Below, one piece after another: positions 26,329 to 41,418 of a DNA stretch of 64,000 nt. The stretch comes from Haliotis rubra (lineage: Eukaryota), in contig NW_025766925.1 in the NCBI RefSeq assembly GCF_003918875.1, positions 434,001-498,000 on the forward strand. Direction: 5' to 3'. A program made the translations under genes and the position numbers. Position 1 is the first letter of the stretch, and every line of letters begins with the position of its first letter. Under the pieces are notes generated by a model. It had not been told where the DNA came from and searched no databases. It saw only the letters and a program-made list of their open reading frames with translations.

Positions 26329-26749
26329 CGTGTACTGATTTTACTATTGCACCCGACTAATCGTTAAATGGGATTCCGAATTTAATTCATTCCTGGAACG
26401 CATATCGCCCCATATATTTTAAAATGGATTTCAAATTAATGATCATCGGTGTGGATACACTGACATGTCAAAAAGTTAAAAGATTCACGAAACACCACAG
26501 CTGAAGCTGCACAGTGAACACGAAACAATACCAGCACACACCCGGGAACTGTATTTTAAGAGGAGGATTACCATGTTATCTGTACAAGGTTATGTAACAA
26601 TGCAAATGTTTTGAAATATATTTTTCAACAATGACTGGACATTAAGACAATAATGACGTGGGCCACTACACCCTTTCCGCATGGATCATAAGTCCAAAGC
26701 AGAGTAATCTGTATTGTATATCAAGAGCATGTGTTTATGAATCAATATC

Positions 26750-26878
26750 AAATAGTGATGATACCAGGCGTTCACGAAAGGGTGAGCGTATCCTGCCCCA
26801 CCGGTTTCACCCGTCAAAGGCTGGTCAATTGTTCACTTAACAAAACAACCACGGGAACATATGGTTCAAGTGACAAAA
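26750..26878. repeat. Short dispersed repeat (retroposon-derived fragment); related copies at about 28217-28340, 260-325 and, inverted, 16955-17005
   Basis: Shared aatagtgatgatacc..gttc.c.aa.ggtgagc..tcctgcc.cacc and acgg.aacatatggt...agtgacaa blocks. Confidence 0.6.
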
Positions 26879-28849
26879 CAAATCTATTGCAATGTATGGA
26901 AAAATATTATCGGATATTAATCGAAAAAGTACGTACAAATATCGCTAATGCGATAAGCATCATCATTGTTATGTCAGGACTCATGTTGAAAGCTTTGAAA
27001 ACACACAAATGAAACCTCTCTGGGTATTGGTAAGGTTTTGGAAGATTCCAAATAAAAATATAACTTAGCTAAATCCGTCATTTTTTGTACTTCAGTGCAA
27101 GTTTCGAATCTCAACTTACTCTTTTCTAAAATACATACGTGTATCCATTTTCGAAAAAATGCAAATAAGATGTGAAACACTAGCCTTGGAAAGATATGTG
27201 TTATTATCAGTTTTGAATCAAGGATAATGTTGATACGGGTCTGGAGAATGATCACGAATCTTAGTGCTGTGTACTAGGCAACCTTGACGTCTACACGCTC
27301 GGCATGGTGGCATTGTGTCGAGCTGGGCTCCTGATGGTGGCCAAAAATGCTTAATTTGCTGTCAACAAAATTAAGCGGTTTGCACCTTTGCTCTGTGTTG
27401 AAGTCGCGCCTTCGCCGCGAGAAGCAATCATTTTACCTGAAACTTGTTGTCACCATATCAGCAGTATCCATCAAGCGCTCCGACAACCATCATTATATCT
27501 GTGAGTAGTTGTCAACCAAACAGCAGAGTCAATTGAGACAAGAATTAATATTATGGGAAAAGGGTTGAGTGCAAAAGCGTCCCCTGAACCCAAGTATCTT
27601 CACAGCGGGATCGCCACAACCTGAATAATAGCACAAGTTGGGATTTGTTGTTAGACAACTAGTACTCGACATTATTAAAGACTTCGTGACAAGAGCCAAT
27701 AAAAATATGGCCTTTTTTCTAATGGCACTGGGGCGTGTTAGATTAACCCGGCTGAATAGAAAAGAGGACAGTTTGATAACAAAGTAAACCTTATGCTATA
27801 CATCGTCACTTACCAGCGTCATCGATATGACCCTAGGCTACAGCATCAGTATTCAGCTCAACGATATCATTCACTCTTTGCCTCTCATGTCGACATTAAC
27901 ATCTTTGTCACTCACGATAAGCATTCAACATCTTTGTTTCACAACATTAACAACCATCATCTTGCCTCTCAGTATCAACATTGGTATCAGTTTTAGCTTC
28001 GGTGACTTTCCTCCTCACTATCAGCATCTATTCACCCTCAGTATTAGCATCGTTATCAGCTAGTATCTTTGCCTCTCAAGTTTCAGACGTTTGTCTCATA
28101 GTATTATATAAATAAAGCCACGAAGACCTGTCCTCGTCTATCTGAGCAGCCTATTGAACGATGAGTTGTTTATTATGCGATGATTCGGAATGTATCATGA
28201 TCATGATCCACGACAAAATAGTGATGATACTTTGTGTTCGCAGAAGGTGAGCTTGTCCTGCCTCACCGCCACAAACACATGTACAGACCGTTCAGTTGTT
28301 CACCTTAAACAAACACGGAAACATATGGTACTAGTGACAATAGTGTACTAGTAGGGAATAACATTGTACGTCATTTTTGTCACTGAGTCGTCAAATATGG
28401 AGTCTTTATTCAAGTGCTGAATCAACAGTTGTGAAAAGTAAACAGGAAAGGTTGGAGAAACAGCAATATTGTTAATGCTGTATTGGGAAGATTTAGTCAC
28501 GTCTTGTCATATTGCTTGATACGGGGGGTTTGTCTCGGTATCTTTGCCTCTTAGGAGGAGCATCCAAGATGTTTTAAATTGACTCTCAGCAGCAGCATTC
28601 AACATACTTGACACCAAGCAGAATCGTTCAACATATCTGACTCCTTGCCAAGTTCCTGTTTGTCGCTAAACATTGTTTGTGTCAACAATATAACCTTTGA
28701 TCCTTTGTGTCTCACCATCAGCATCAGCATCACACTGTCAGCATGATCTCAATGCACCCTTTTCTAGGCATCAACACCGTTTTTGTATCTATTCAAACCT
28801 CTCAGCATTACCCTCAGCCTCAACCTGAACATTTATCCGCACAGTATCA

Positions 28850-29280
28850 CATCATCATGAGAATCAGCAACACAACATCACCAACATCGACATCACCTCC
28901 CCACAGCATCACAATCAGCATTAACATCAGCATCAATATTAGTATCAGCAACACAACATCACCAACATCGACATCACCTCCCACAGCATCGCCATCAGCA
29001 TTAACATCAGCATCAATATTAGTATCAGCAACACGGCATCACCAGCATCACAAACCAACATCGCCACAGCATCAACATTGGCTTCGACATCAGCATCAAT
29101 GTTAGCATCAATATTAGTATCAGCAACACGGCATCACCAGCATCACAAACCAACATCGCCACAGCATCAACATTAGCTTCGACATCAGCATTAACATCAA
29201 CATCAACAGTATCAGCAACACCATCACCAGCATCAACACCAACATCACTACATCATTAGCATCTGTATTAGAGTCAGCAA
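28850..29280. repeat. Low-complexity CAT/CAG/CAA repeat with internal duplications
   Basis: Degenerate trinucleotide-derived tract. Confidence 0.85.
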
Positions 29281-30976
29281 ATTAGGCAATTAGTCTTTCA
29301 ATGTGTCAACAATGAATCAATATCATGGCATATGTCATCAATGTGTTGCATACTTCTATTAAATCAATATCCTTTAAGTCGATACAATATTTCACAAGCT
29401 TATAAATACAGTCGAAATGTATGTGAGAGCATTACCTCTTTCATTTCGAATGGTTGCTTTGCTGTATATCAATTTTGATAGGATTGACTTTAACAAATAT
29501 GTATCTCCCACTTGACAGTATGCTTAGCGGTAATTGATCCATTTAATAATTTTTATCAATAGAATTTCTGATTACTAGGTTTACAGAAAAAGCCGCCAAG
29601 CAAAACCACTTCTGTGTGTTACCCCGGGGCCATGGGTTTACCTGTGGGATGCTGTCTTGGGTCAGGGTAGATTGGCCCCTCCCCTGGGGGTGCGTCTAGA
29701 TGGCTCCCTGGGACAATGCTATGCAAACATCAACAAAGCTGATTATATTTAGACAGACGCCTTCTCTTCTGTGCGAAAATATCCCCTGATTTATTTCAGT
29801 CAAGTGTGACCCAAAATGAGCGTTTCAATTATATTCTCAGTTGGAGCTAGTTGTATGGATATCTCTATTCACAGCCGGACCCAGAAGTCCGTGCAAGGAT
29901 ATGATACCGCCATTCAACAAATTACCCACGATGCATCATATAGTCTGCCTCTTGTAACCGCGAACCTGTTGACATCCATTTGTAAATTATTTTCTAGCCA
30001 GGGAACTTGTATTTTTAAATTATAGTTATAACCCATGCAATATTCTACCACCAGCGTTACACTCTCACAATGAAAGTTTTCAACAGACAGTTTTTAATGT
30101 GAATTTCATGTTTGAATTATAATGGTAATTTTCCATCGATTTAATACATTGTTAAGCGAATGGGAAGTAGGGAAATGTATACTTGGGGATTTGAGCCTCA
30201 AACTGGGGTTTAATTTGGCGTGACGGAATTATGTGTCTTTTTCCCTTGGGCCTTTTAGAATCATAAATATATCGCATATAAAAACGTTGAACATTTATGT
30301 CATATCTTAATTCAAACGTTTGACATACTTGCCCCTATACAGTGTGTGGACAAAGGCGGTCTTTTGCAGTCAGTTTTATATGTGCCCCGTTTTTTATGGG
30401 GTCAGATACAAAGAAATAATTTTTAACGATTTCACATTGAAAAACACTTATTCTTTAAGTTTAATTATAAGAATGAGCATACACGTGTGTTTGTGTAAAA
30501 GCCATCTGTGTGTAGGTGTTGAAATTGATAATATCAAACTGCGAGTGTATAACTGACGACATGAACATTGTGCCAACTCCTTGTAGTGTATTCAGCATGA
30601 ATATCCCCGTACGGTCAAATGTTTGGCACGATAGTCTATAAACTATAACTCAAGCTAGGTGGCCATTGAACAAAAACTATATATTGCAAATTAAACATAT
30701 ATATTGCAAATTAAAATTGGCATTTTAAGTGTACAGACCTTGTTATGTCACAGTGCACACGTATTACCTTTTAAAATGCCCTAGAAGCAACATATGTCCA
30801 AATTATGAAATTCACAGGCACTCTCTTAATGCAAGTTGTACCAATGGCGGGTACAGCAGCACATGTTTTACTATTGCGGGAACAGTTGGAGTCAGATATC
30901 CATTCATGAAATCTCCCCACTAATTTGTCTTTACCCTCCAGTGGAATCTGTTTCAGTAGATAATCGCGACTGCAAA

Positions 30977-33900
30977 AGACCGTCAGATACAAAGGGCGTG
31001 GAGACTGTCAGATACAACAGTCCGTGGAGACCGTCAGATACAACAGTCCGTGGAGACCGTCAGATACATGAGACCGTGAAGACCGTCAGATACAACAGTC
31101 CGTGGAGACCGTCAGATACATCAGACCGTGAAGACCGTCAGAAACAACAGTCCGTGGAGACCGTCAAATACAACAGTCCGTGGAGACCGTCAGATACAAC
31201 AGTCCGTGGAGACCGTCAGATACAACAGGACGTGGAGACCGTCAGATACAACAGGACGTGGAGACCGTCAGATACAACAGGACGTGGAGACTGTCAGATA
31301 CAACAGGACGTGGAGACCGTCAGATACAACAGGACGCGGAGACCGTCGGATACAACAGTCCGTGGAGACCGTCAGATACAACAGACAGTGGAGACCGTCA
31401 GACACAACAGGACGTGGAGACCGTCAGATACAACAGGACGTGGAGACCAACAGACCAAAAGATACATCAGACTGTGGAGACCGTCAGATACAACAGACAG
31501 TGGAGACCGTCAGACACAACAGTCCGTGGAGACCGTCAGACACAACAGTCCGTGGAGACCGTCAGATACAACAGGACGTGGAGACCATCAGACACAACAG
31601 TCCGTTGAGACTGTCAGATACAACAGACAGTGGAGACCGTCAGATACAACAGACCGTGGAGACTGTCAGATACAACAGACAGTGGAGACCGTCAGATACA
31701 ACAGACCGTGGAGACCGTCAGATACATCAGACCGTGAAGACCGTCAGAAACAACAGTCCGTGGAGACCGTCAAATACAACAGTCCGTGGAGACCGTCAGA
31801 TACAACAGTCCGTGGAGACCGTCAGATACAACAGGACGTGGAGACCGTCAGATACAACAGGACGTGGAGACCGTCAGATACAACAGTCCGTGGAGACCGT
31901 CAGATACAACAGGACGTGGAGACCGTCAGATACAACAGGACGTGGAGACCGTCAGATACAACAGGACGTGGAGACCGTCAGATACAACAGGACGTGGAGA
32001 CCGTCAGATACAACAGGACGCGGAGACCGTCAGATACAACAGTCCGTGGAGACCGTCAGATACAACAGACCGTGGAGACCGTCAGATACAACAGGACGTG
32101 GAGACCGTCAGATACAACAGTCCGTGGAGACCAAAAGATACATCAGACTGTGGAGACCGTCAGATACAACAGACAGTGGAGACCGTCAGACACAACAGTC
32201 CGTGGAGACCGTCAGACACAACAGTCCGTGGAGACCGTCAGATACAACAGGACGTGGAGACCATCAGATACAACAGTCCGTTGAGACCGTCAGATACAAC
32301 AGACGTGGAGACTGTCAGATACAACAGACCGTGGAGACCGTCAGATACAACAGACGTGGAGACCGTCAGATACAACAGACCGTGGAGACCGTCAGATACA
32401 ACAGACCGTGGAGACCGTCAGATACAACAGTCCGTGGAGACCGTCAGATACAACAGTCCGTGGAGACTGTCAGATACAACAGTCCGTGGAGACCGTCAGA
32501 TACAACAGTCCGTGGAGACCGTCAGATACAACAGTCCGTGGAGACCGTCAGATACAACAGTCCGTGGAGACCGTCAGATACAACAGTCCGTGGAGACCGT
32601 CAGATACAACAGTCCGTGGAGACCGTCAGATACAACAGGTCCGTGGAGACCGTCAGATACAACAGTCCGTGGAGACCGTCAGATACAGATACAACAGTCC
32701 GTGGAGACCGTCAGATACAACAGTCCGTGGAGACCGTCAGATACAACAGTCCGTGGAGACCGTCAGATACAACAGGACGTGGAGACCGTCAGATACAACA
32801 GGACGTGGAGACCGTCAGATACAACAGTCCGTGGAGACCGTCAGACACAACAGTCCGTGGAGACCGTCAGATACAACAGGACGTGGAGACCGTCAGATAC
32901 AACAGACGTGGAGACCGTCAAATACAACAGTCCGTGGAGACCGTCAGATACAACAGGACGTGGAGACCGTCAGATACAACAGACCGTGGAGACCGTCAGA
33001 TACAACAGGACGTGGAGACCGTCAGATACAACAGACCGTGGAGACCGTCAGATACACAACAGGACGTGGAGACCGTCAGATACAACAGGACGTGGAGACC
33101 GTCAGATACAACAGGACGTGGAGACGTCAGATCAAGATACGTGGAACAGATACAACAGGACCTGGAGACCGCCAGATACAACAGGACGTGGAGACCATCA
33201 GACACAACAGTCCGTGGAGACCGTCAGATACAACAGGACGTGGAGACCGTCAGACACAACAGACCGTGGAGACCGTCAGATACAACAGGACGTGGAGACC
33301 GTCAGATACAATAGTCCGTGGAGACCGTCAGATACAACAGTCCGTGGAGACCGTCAGATACAACAGTACGTGGAGACCGTCAGATACAATAGTCCGTGGA
33401 GACCGTCAGACACGACAGTCCGTGGAGACCGTCAGATACAACAGTCCGTGGAGACCGTCAGATACAACAGTCCGTGGAGACCGTCAGACACAACAGTCCG
33501 TGGAGACCGTCAGACACAACAGTCCCTGGAGACCGCCAGATACAACAGTCCGTGGAGACCGTCAGACACAACAGTCCGTGGAGACCGTCAGATACAACTG
33601 GACGTGGAGACCGTCAGACACAACAGACCGTGAAGACCGTCAGATACAGCAGGACGTGGAGACCGTCAGACACAGCAGACAGTGGAGACCGTCAGACACA
33701 ACAGTCCGTGAAGACCGTCAGATACAACAGGACGTGGAGACCGTCAGATACAACAGACAGTGGAGACCGTCAGATACAACAGTCCGTGGAGACCGTCAGA
33801 TACAACAGGACGTGGAGACCGTCAGACACAACAGTCCGTGGAGACCGTCAGATACAACAGGACGTGGAGACCGTCAGATACAACAGGACGTGGAGACCGT

Positions 33901-34410
33901 CAGATACAACAGGACGTGGAGACCGTCAGATACAACAGTCCGTGGAGACCGTCAGATACAACAGTCCGTGGAGACCGTCAGATACAACAGTCCGTGGAGA
34001 CCGTCAGATACAACAGTCCCTGGAGACCGTCAAATACAACAGGACGTGGAGACCGTCAGACACAACAGTCCGTGGAGACCGTCAAATACAACAGTCCGTG
34101 GAGACTGTCAGATACAACAGGACGTTGAGACCGTCAGACACAACAGACCGTGGAGACCGTCAGATACAACAGGACGTGGAGACCGTCAGATACAACAGTC
34201 CGTGGAGACCGTCAGATACAACAGGACGTGGAGACCGTCAGACACAACAGACAGTGGAGACCGTCAGACACAACAGTCCGTGGAGACCGTCAGACACAAC
34301 AGACCGTGAAGACCGTCAGATACAATAGTCCGTGGGGACCGTCAGATACAACAGGACGTAGGGACCCTCAGATACAACAGGACGTAGGGACCGTCAGATA
34401 CAGCAGATTG
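30977..34410. repeat. 26-bp minisatellite, about 130 copies (3.4 kb)
   Basis: Unit CGTGGAGACCGTCAGATACAACAGTC with GTCC/GGAC/GACC/GACA variants. The consensus is stop-free in the + frames and produces all ORFs from 30836 to 34413. Confidence 0.98.
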
Positions 34411-36099
34411 TGAAGATTGTTCGTTGAGACTGTTAGATGAAATGTGACAAAGCTGAATACCCACAAGGAGGTTTTAACGACGTTTTGCCTTGATACCCGT
34501 TATGCCCTAAGCATATTTGTAGAGTCAACTGGTTCTGTTTCATAACGACGTAAATTCATACCATCTGTGATGGAACCTAGGGTGTTGTTGGAGTCAGAGG
34601 TCAGTGTGATTGAACCTTTGTCATGCCCAGTTCATACCTCAGCGTTCTACACTGTATTGACAGTGTGGCGTATGGTTGGTCATTGGTCATCCATACTCCA
34701 CAATCACTGTAGACTTTCAGTAGAACATACTTTATGATAGATACAAACACTTTGAAGCCTTCTGAAAACTGCCCGGGAGTTGCAATTGGTTCAAAGGTCG
34801 CGAGTAACAATGGGAACTGATTAGTTGGTTCTGCACATACGTCCTAGTTCAAGCCCCGAACATTATAACCTCCACTCGTAAACATTTAGGGCATTTCATT
34901 TAAACTTCTGAAATTATGTTATAGTTATTTTTATGTGCCTAATACCGATAAACAAGATCGATTTACTTTTCGGTTCCTTATTTAAGAAAAAAACTTTCAA
35001 GAAAGTACCTACAGTTTCGGAAAGTACAAATATAAAAGTCACCGAACGGAAACTTGTTTGATTGTGGTTGAACACTTAACAACCACATTGAACATATGAT
35101 AGTGATGTATTAATCACTATGGATATTGCATGCATCATATCAGTTATTGTCTAATGACAGGCAAGGACTGTAAAGTTTATATCAAATCCAGTTTAAAGCG
35201 CATATTGCTTTTGCGCGGTAGTTGTTAAGGTAATTCGCCTGAAGACTAAAGTGACGTGAAAGATTTATAGACACATGTTCATTGAATCGAATCCTTCAAT
35301 TATAGATCATGTATCTTTTCAAACTGTTTCGGTTACCTTTGCAACTCCATTTTACCCTGGCAACATTCACAAATCACCATCTCAGTACCTCTTTCAAATT
35401 GCAATCACAAAAAACTTAAAACATAATCGTTTTTCATCAAGTATCTTGCACACAGAAGTGCTCTGAAGTGATGACATATGTGCAACGTAAAATATTTAAC
35501 CGGCTCTTAACAACAAGACACTAATGAATCTTGTTAAAAGTCCCTTTCGTGAAAAAATAACGAGTAAAAGCATTTAGATGATGCTGACATTCGTGTACCT
35601 TTTGATGAGGAAGTTCTCTGAATTGATATCTTTCTGCATGTCAGCACTAGAATGATAAGGATAGAAATTTACATGCTGAAATGGAGCAGTGTTATTGACA
35701 AATATGCATGTCTACCCAAACATGTTCCTATAATAACGGGCTTATCGCGTATTCTCAAGCTTCAAATTACTTTACAAGATTCCCAAACCCTCCGCTATGC
35801 TTCTTCTGTCATCTAACATATTTTAACAAAATGTCTCTTTAGCGTTTAATGACTACCATTTAACAAAAGACTACAAAGTAATCTATATAGTGTTTGCCCG
35901 TGTGTTGTGAATGGTAGTTATTGTCGGCGGGTTGAGAGATGTTTACCTTGTTTATACCCTGGGGGAGGATGCTGAGGGGAGAAGATGCTTTGTAGCCAAA
36001 CACAACCATCAAAGTACCCAACTAACACTTCACATATTCAATTTCAAGTGACCCGTCGAAGGAAATTATTTCAACTAATGAAGTTCTCCTTTTGCCAAG

Positions 36100-36200
36100 C
36101 ATCAATTGACGGAAGCCGCGAGACGGGAACGGTTGGAGAGGAATTCTGTTGTTTGATTGGTTGCAGAAGGAATGATTGACAGACGCTCCGCCCATTTTGG
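36100..36200 (+). promoter_or_regulatory. Candidate proximal promoter of engrailed paralogue B
   Basis: Inverted CCAAT (GATTGG ~36155), GC box (CTCCGCCC ~36186) and CGGAAG ~36110, just upstream of the first in-frame ATGs. TSS not determined. Confidence 0.35.
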
Positions 36201-36362
36201 AGCGCAACTGTTGTAAGGTTGACAAGCATATTAGAGGTGATGATAGCATCACTTCCATCACGCGGGCAGATGCAGCATGGAGGCCTGACGCTTGCCCTTC
36301 AAACTATGGTTGCACAAAAACATTCATTTCAGTTGAACATACACTCACACGAGAAACATTTG

Positions 36363-36615
36363 ATGGTAAACACTGACGGGCGAGCAATGAAACACACGCG
36401 TTTCTTTGTGGAAGACATTCTCAGACCTGACTTCGGAACGGGTAACTCCCACCCGGTATCTCCAGAAGGTCATCAGGATGGGTCCCCTTCATCCTCACCT
36501 GATCACCCACGTAGCCAGGGGTCCGAGCCGCACCCTCAGGACGTGGGGGAAGGGAAGGTGAACCTATGGCCTGCATGGGTATACTGTACCCGGTACTCCG
36601 ACAGACCGTCCGCAG
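36363..36615 (+). CDS. en: Engrailed paralogue B, coding exon 1 (EH1 and EH2)
   Basis: EH1 FFVEDILRPDFG and EH2 LWPAWVYCTRYSDRPSA(G). Phase-1 donor G|GTAGGC at 36616. Start uncertain: in-frame ATGs also at 36240, 36270, 36306 and 36387. Confidence 0.93.
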
Positions 36616-39039
36616 GTAGGCCAAACAGTTCCGTATTCATGATCTAGTGTTGGGGCGGGTTGCCAAATTGGTCGTTAATCTTTTGGTCATTACAGTAATC
36701 TATATAAGGTAAATCAAGTATATATAACACACATACCATGGTTGTGCCAGCGACATGTCATGCATTTGGATATAAGCAACTGGATTAGAAACATAAATAT
36801 AACCTGAAAATTGATAAATGTAAAATATTCTTTCCGTAGGGGCATTTGTATGATAAACACATTTGAAAAAAGCTATTAAAGACTTAATCAAGTATTAAAT
36901 ATGTAACACTATCACTTGACTCACTTTAATATATATATTTTCAGAGGGTTACTATTAAATAGCTGAAGCAACATTATCATCACTGATACCAAATATTTAA
37001 ACAATTTAGATTTTTAAATTTTATTAGAAAATAAACGTTTAACAAATTGCTAATATTTCATAAATCAAAGGAACAAACTCATTCAAGATCTAATAATGAG
37101 AAGGTTAAAACAATGATCATACGTATCGGGATGGAAGTCATGAGGCGGAATCACACCCTGAGTTTTTGTATGATTGTTAAAAAATGTTTCTGAGTTTATC
37201 TATTTTAATTAATATTGGTATCGAATTCTAGACCAAAACTGTTTTCATCTTGCTATTAATTGTATTCCAAATATGTAAACATTCCCTTTCAATGCATTGT
37301 TGTGCAGTATATCTGCACTCCAGCATAATGTGATTGTGAGTCAGTAATGAGATACGTTTTTACACAATTTCTTACAAAAGACCTGGAATTCACCACGTCA
37401 AACAACATCTATATTTCATTCTTCGCACATTCCATGGGTTGAATTCCTGTTTTCACAATCAATCTCTCCATCTCCCCCTCCTGCTTCTTTTCTCTCTTGA
37501 ACTTATCTAAATGCATGTACTCGTAACATGGCATGTCTTGTGAGATGATCAAAGTCTCTCTAAATGCATGATGAATTTCCTTGATCCCAATAGGCAAGCA
37601 ACTATGTCTTTTATCCATAGAGATAGCATTCAAAGCAAAGGTATTTTTCCTAAAAATATGCATATTAAAGTTACTTTCATTTAAAATGACATACGTTAAA
37701 ACATACGCCGACATCCCGGGAAACATCTCGTGTCATAACTATTTGATTGTTATTCACGTGTTCAGAATGTAGTCCGACTCCTACAGCTGACTCAGCTTTT
37801 AACAGAGATCTCTTATGATTATGGAAAAGGTTTTGTCAGTTATATGTATGTACTACATCTCGCAGAGTCTTTATAGGCATTTAACAGTTGGATGTGAGAT
37901 GACAAGTAATATTATGAATAACAGCTGTTCTATTGTATCTACATCAGGTGATGAAAGAGCAAGAAGCTCTGAGACGTTGTGTATATATGATAAAGACGTT
38001 GTTACCCATAATATTCCTTGTCGTGACTACAATGATGCTGACAACATTGATCAGTGTATAAACTATTTCGGATAACTCCACTCTACATAGGGAGTCCTGT
38101 CTTGACATATGCAGCATCAAAGCATATTCACGTCCAGGAGTATAAATATATTTGTATAGGCTCCCTGTTGAGATATGTGTTAAAAGGAATGCTTAACACA
38201 AAGTATCTTTACAAATATTCAGTATATTGTGAGTTTGGTAGTTGTTTTTCCCAATTGCTTTGTTAAAATGTTATCATCTTAGTAATAGGTTTTTTTTCTT
38301 ATTACACTACTTTCCTATTTAACTCTTAATGTAAGTATACTTTTATACATACACATGGAAAACAAATATGTAAATTGAATAACGTTTTGATGGTATGTGG
38401 ACATGGAGAATGGTTCGATCAACATCGTCGTCAGCGGCTCTGGATACATGTATGTGTCAGTTTTGAGAGAGGGGAGTTTGACGAGAGATTTTGTAACGAA
38501 GATAAAAACAGATCGTGATAGCATCAAAAATCTGTCACTCAACGCAAACCCTGTGAATATCCTTCTGTTAACTGAAGAGACATTTCTATATAGAATATAA
38601 CGATAGGTCAGCAAAATATACCCGTACTGGGCCCTGTACCTCCCTCTTTATTACATTGCTGAACTTCACTGAAGTCACAGTTTGAACTCAGTAAACGTAC
38701 TGGTGGACGTCAGCTGGCGTTGATATTACATCAGGAAGGTGGAAGTTTACTGATGTTATTCTTGAACACCTGATCTCATCACTGACTCCGTGATAGACTC
38801 ATGTAATTATATATACAGTCATCATTTACGTAATCATTTAGTCACTCAATACTTTAAGTATGTAGACAACATATAACAAAAACGTATTCCGTAAATTAAC
38901 AAAGAGAAATACTTTGACCACAGTAAACAGGGCTTTCGTTTTTTTCAATGTCATCTTAGCTACGCCCTTACTTAAAGATTGAGGATGTTATATGTTTATC
39001 ATTTAATGTACCGATTACATTAAATGTAGTCACATATCT

Positions 39040-40020
39040 TTTGGTATATTTTTGCACTGTAATGTGGTCAAGGGGTATTATATTATATTGCATCAAAATG
39101 TACACTATGGTATGCATTTTATCATATATTTTACTGTAATGTGGTCAAGGAGCATTATATTATATATCAAAATGTACACTATCATATATTGCATCATTAA
39201 ATGTACACTATCATATATTTTTACACTGTAATGTGGGCAAGGAGCATTATATTGCATATGTACACTATATTGCATCAGGAGCATTAATATGTACACTGTA
39301 CACTATCATATATCTTATGTTTTATATTGCATCATTACACTGTAATGTGGTCAAGGGGTATTATATTATATTGCATCAAAATGTACACTATCATATATTT
39401 TTACACTGTAATGTGGTCAAGGGGTATTATATTATATTGCATCAAAATGTACACTATCATATATTTTACACTGTAATGTGGTCAAGGGGCATTATTATAT
39501 TATATTGCATCAAAATGTACACTATCATATATTGATACACTGTAATGTAATGTTGGCAAGGGGTATTATTATATTGCATCAAAATGTACACTATCATATA
39601 TTTTTACATGTAATGTGGTCAAGTGCATTATATCATATTGCATCAAACATGTATCTTTTACACTGTAATGTGGGCAATGGGCATTATATTATATTGCATC
39701 AAACGGTGCACTATTGTATCTTTTACACTGTAATGTGGGCAAGGGGTATTATATTATATTGCATCAAAATGTACACTATCATATATTGTTATACTGTAAT
39801 GTGGGCAAGGAGCATTGTATTATATTGCATCATACAGTGCACTATGTTATCTTCTAACACTGTAATGTGGGCAAGGAGCATTATATTATATTGCATCGAA
39901 CATTACACTATGGTGTCTTTTCACACTGTAATGTGGACAAAAAGCATTATATTGCATGGCATCGAACAGTGTACTATGGTGTCTTTTTACACTGTAATGT
40001 GGGCATGGAGCATTATATTG
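39040..40020. repeat. ~66-bp AT-rich minisatellite (intronic), degenerate
   Basis: Unit ACACTGTAATGTGGTCAAGGGGTATTATATTATATTGCATCAAAATGTACACTATCATATATTTTT. Confidence 0.9.
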
Positions 40021-41205
40021 AACAAATTTAAATTAATTTATCAGCAATTTTGGACCTCCTTAGATTATTTGGAAAGTATGTCACGTAAAATACATATAGG
40101 TTGTTTCAATAAAATAATTTAATTACCCAAACATTCGCATTAAACCAATTTGAATCAAGCGTTCGCATTATCTGCTACATTAGCATGGGCATAGATGGAT
40201 GCTTCGACATATAACATCATATCTCAGAGACGTATTTGCATATGTTAAACGAGGTAACATTACCCATTTCAAAGATACAGAAGGGTTTTATATCATCAGT
40301 GGTGAGAAAGGTATTAACTTAATCCATCATTGTCACCAGTAACACATTGTCTAGGACGTAATGCTAACAGATGCGATATAATTACAAAGTCATACTTGTT
40401 ATAAATCGACATGGTTTTTTAAAACTTAACGATATATCTGCATATCGCGGGTTCATCTCCGGGATGCACACTCCATCACCTTCACCATGCACACCAGGAA
40501 AGATTCATATCAACTTTGGTTTCAAGTAAAACGTACGATCTTTTAAGGAGAATGCACTGAAATACAGACATTTTAGATACAGTGCGTGTGTGAGCCACCC
40601 CACGTCTCCAAGTTGCTGGTGTAGGACACAATGCTTTATCTCTCCAGTTGAGGTAGCAGTGATGTGTAACGCCCTCTCAATACCGGGACAGTCGCACCGC
40701 TGATAGTTATGATAAACTTCATACAATGTATTTATTATAAACTACCTGGCGAAAGATAGTATACATTCATGTTAAAATATGATGTATTTGATACAGGTAT
40801 CATTGGCGACACTGGACCTTACGTTTACAGTGTCTCGGCGACTTTTTCAGCCTAGCACAGGTTTCATTGCGTTTTTAAATTTTTGTCAAATCCAGTTTTC
40901 AAGAATGTACTTTCTTTGGCCCGGTAGTCTATATCGAAGAAAGCGATAATGTATCTCCACAAAAGCGTTTATATGAGCGATAAGATATTTAAGAAGAGAA
41001 ACATGGGTTATCAGGAAACTTTGTGTTTACGATATAGTCATGCCATCATTGGTTGTGTCTAAAATAACGTGTTACAATTGAACAACGCGTCTTTTAGTGG
41101 GGATGACAGGTATTCAAAGTCGACAGCACATCCTGTCAGATACAAATTTGAATAACAGATACAGTATTTGAAAGTTATTTCTGTTATATTAGCTCAGTTA
41201 TATAC

Positions 41206-41418
41206 CGCGTAGATCCGGGTTAGAAGTGGTGTTCAGCAACACATGCTGTCGTATGAGACTTGGGTGGTAGACGCGTTGGCTTGATTGATACATCGTATCC
41301 CAGTTGCGTAGATCAATACTCATGATGTAAATCACTGGATTGTCTGGTCCAGTCTCGATTATTTACAGACCGCAGCTATATAGATGAATATTGCGGAGTG
41401 CGGAGTTAAACAATAAAT
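41206..41418 (+). mobile_element. SINE family 2 copy (diverged)
   Basis: gatccgggttagaa...gcgtagatcaat..atcactggattgtctggtccag...tattgcggagtgcggagttaaac. Confidence 0.8.

Noticed and set aside
28707-29105. His/Gln/Ser/Thr-rich 132-aa ORF
   Set aside because: Low-complexity trinucleotide tract with a GTG start and no exon evidence.
30836-34413. Very long ORFs (up to 728 aa) with RPSDTT/VETVRYN repeats
   Set aside because: Artefact of a stop-free 26-bp unit read in all three frames; no signal peptide, splice context or preferred frame.
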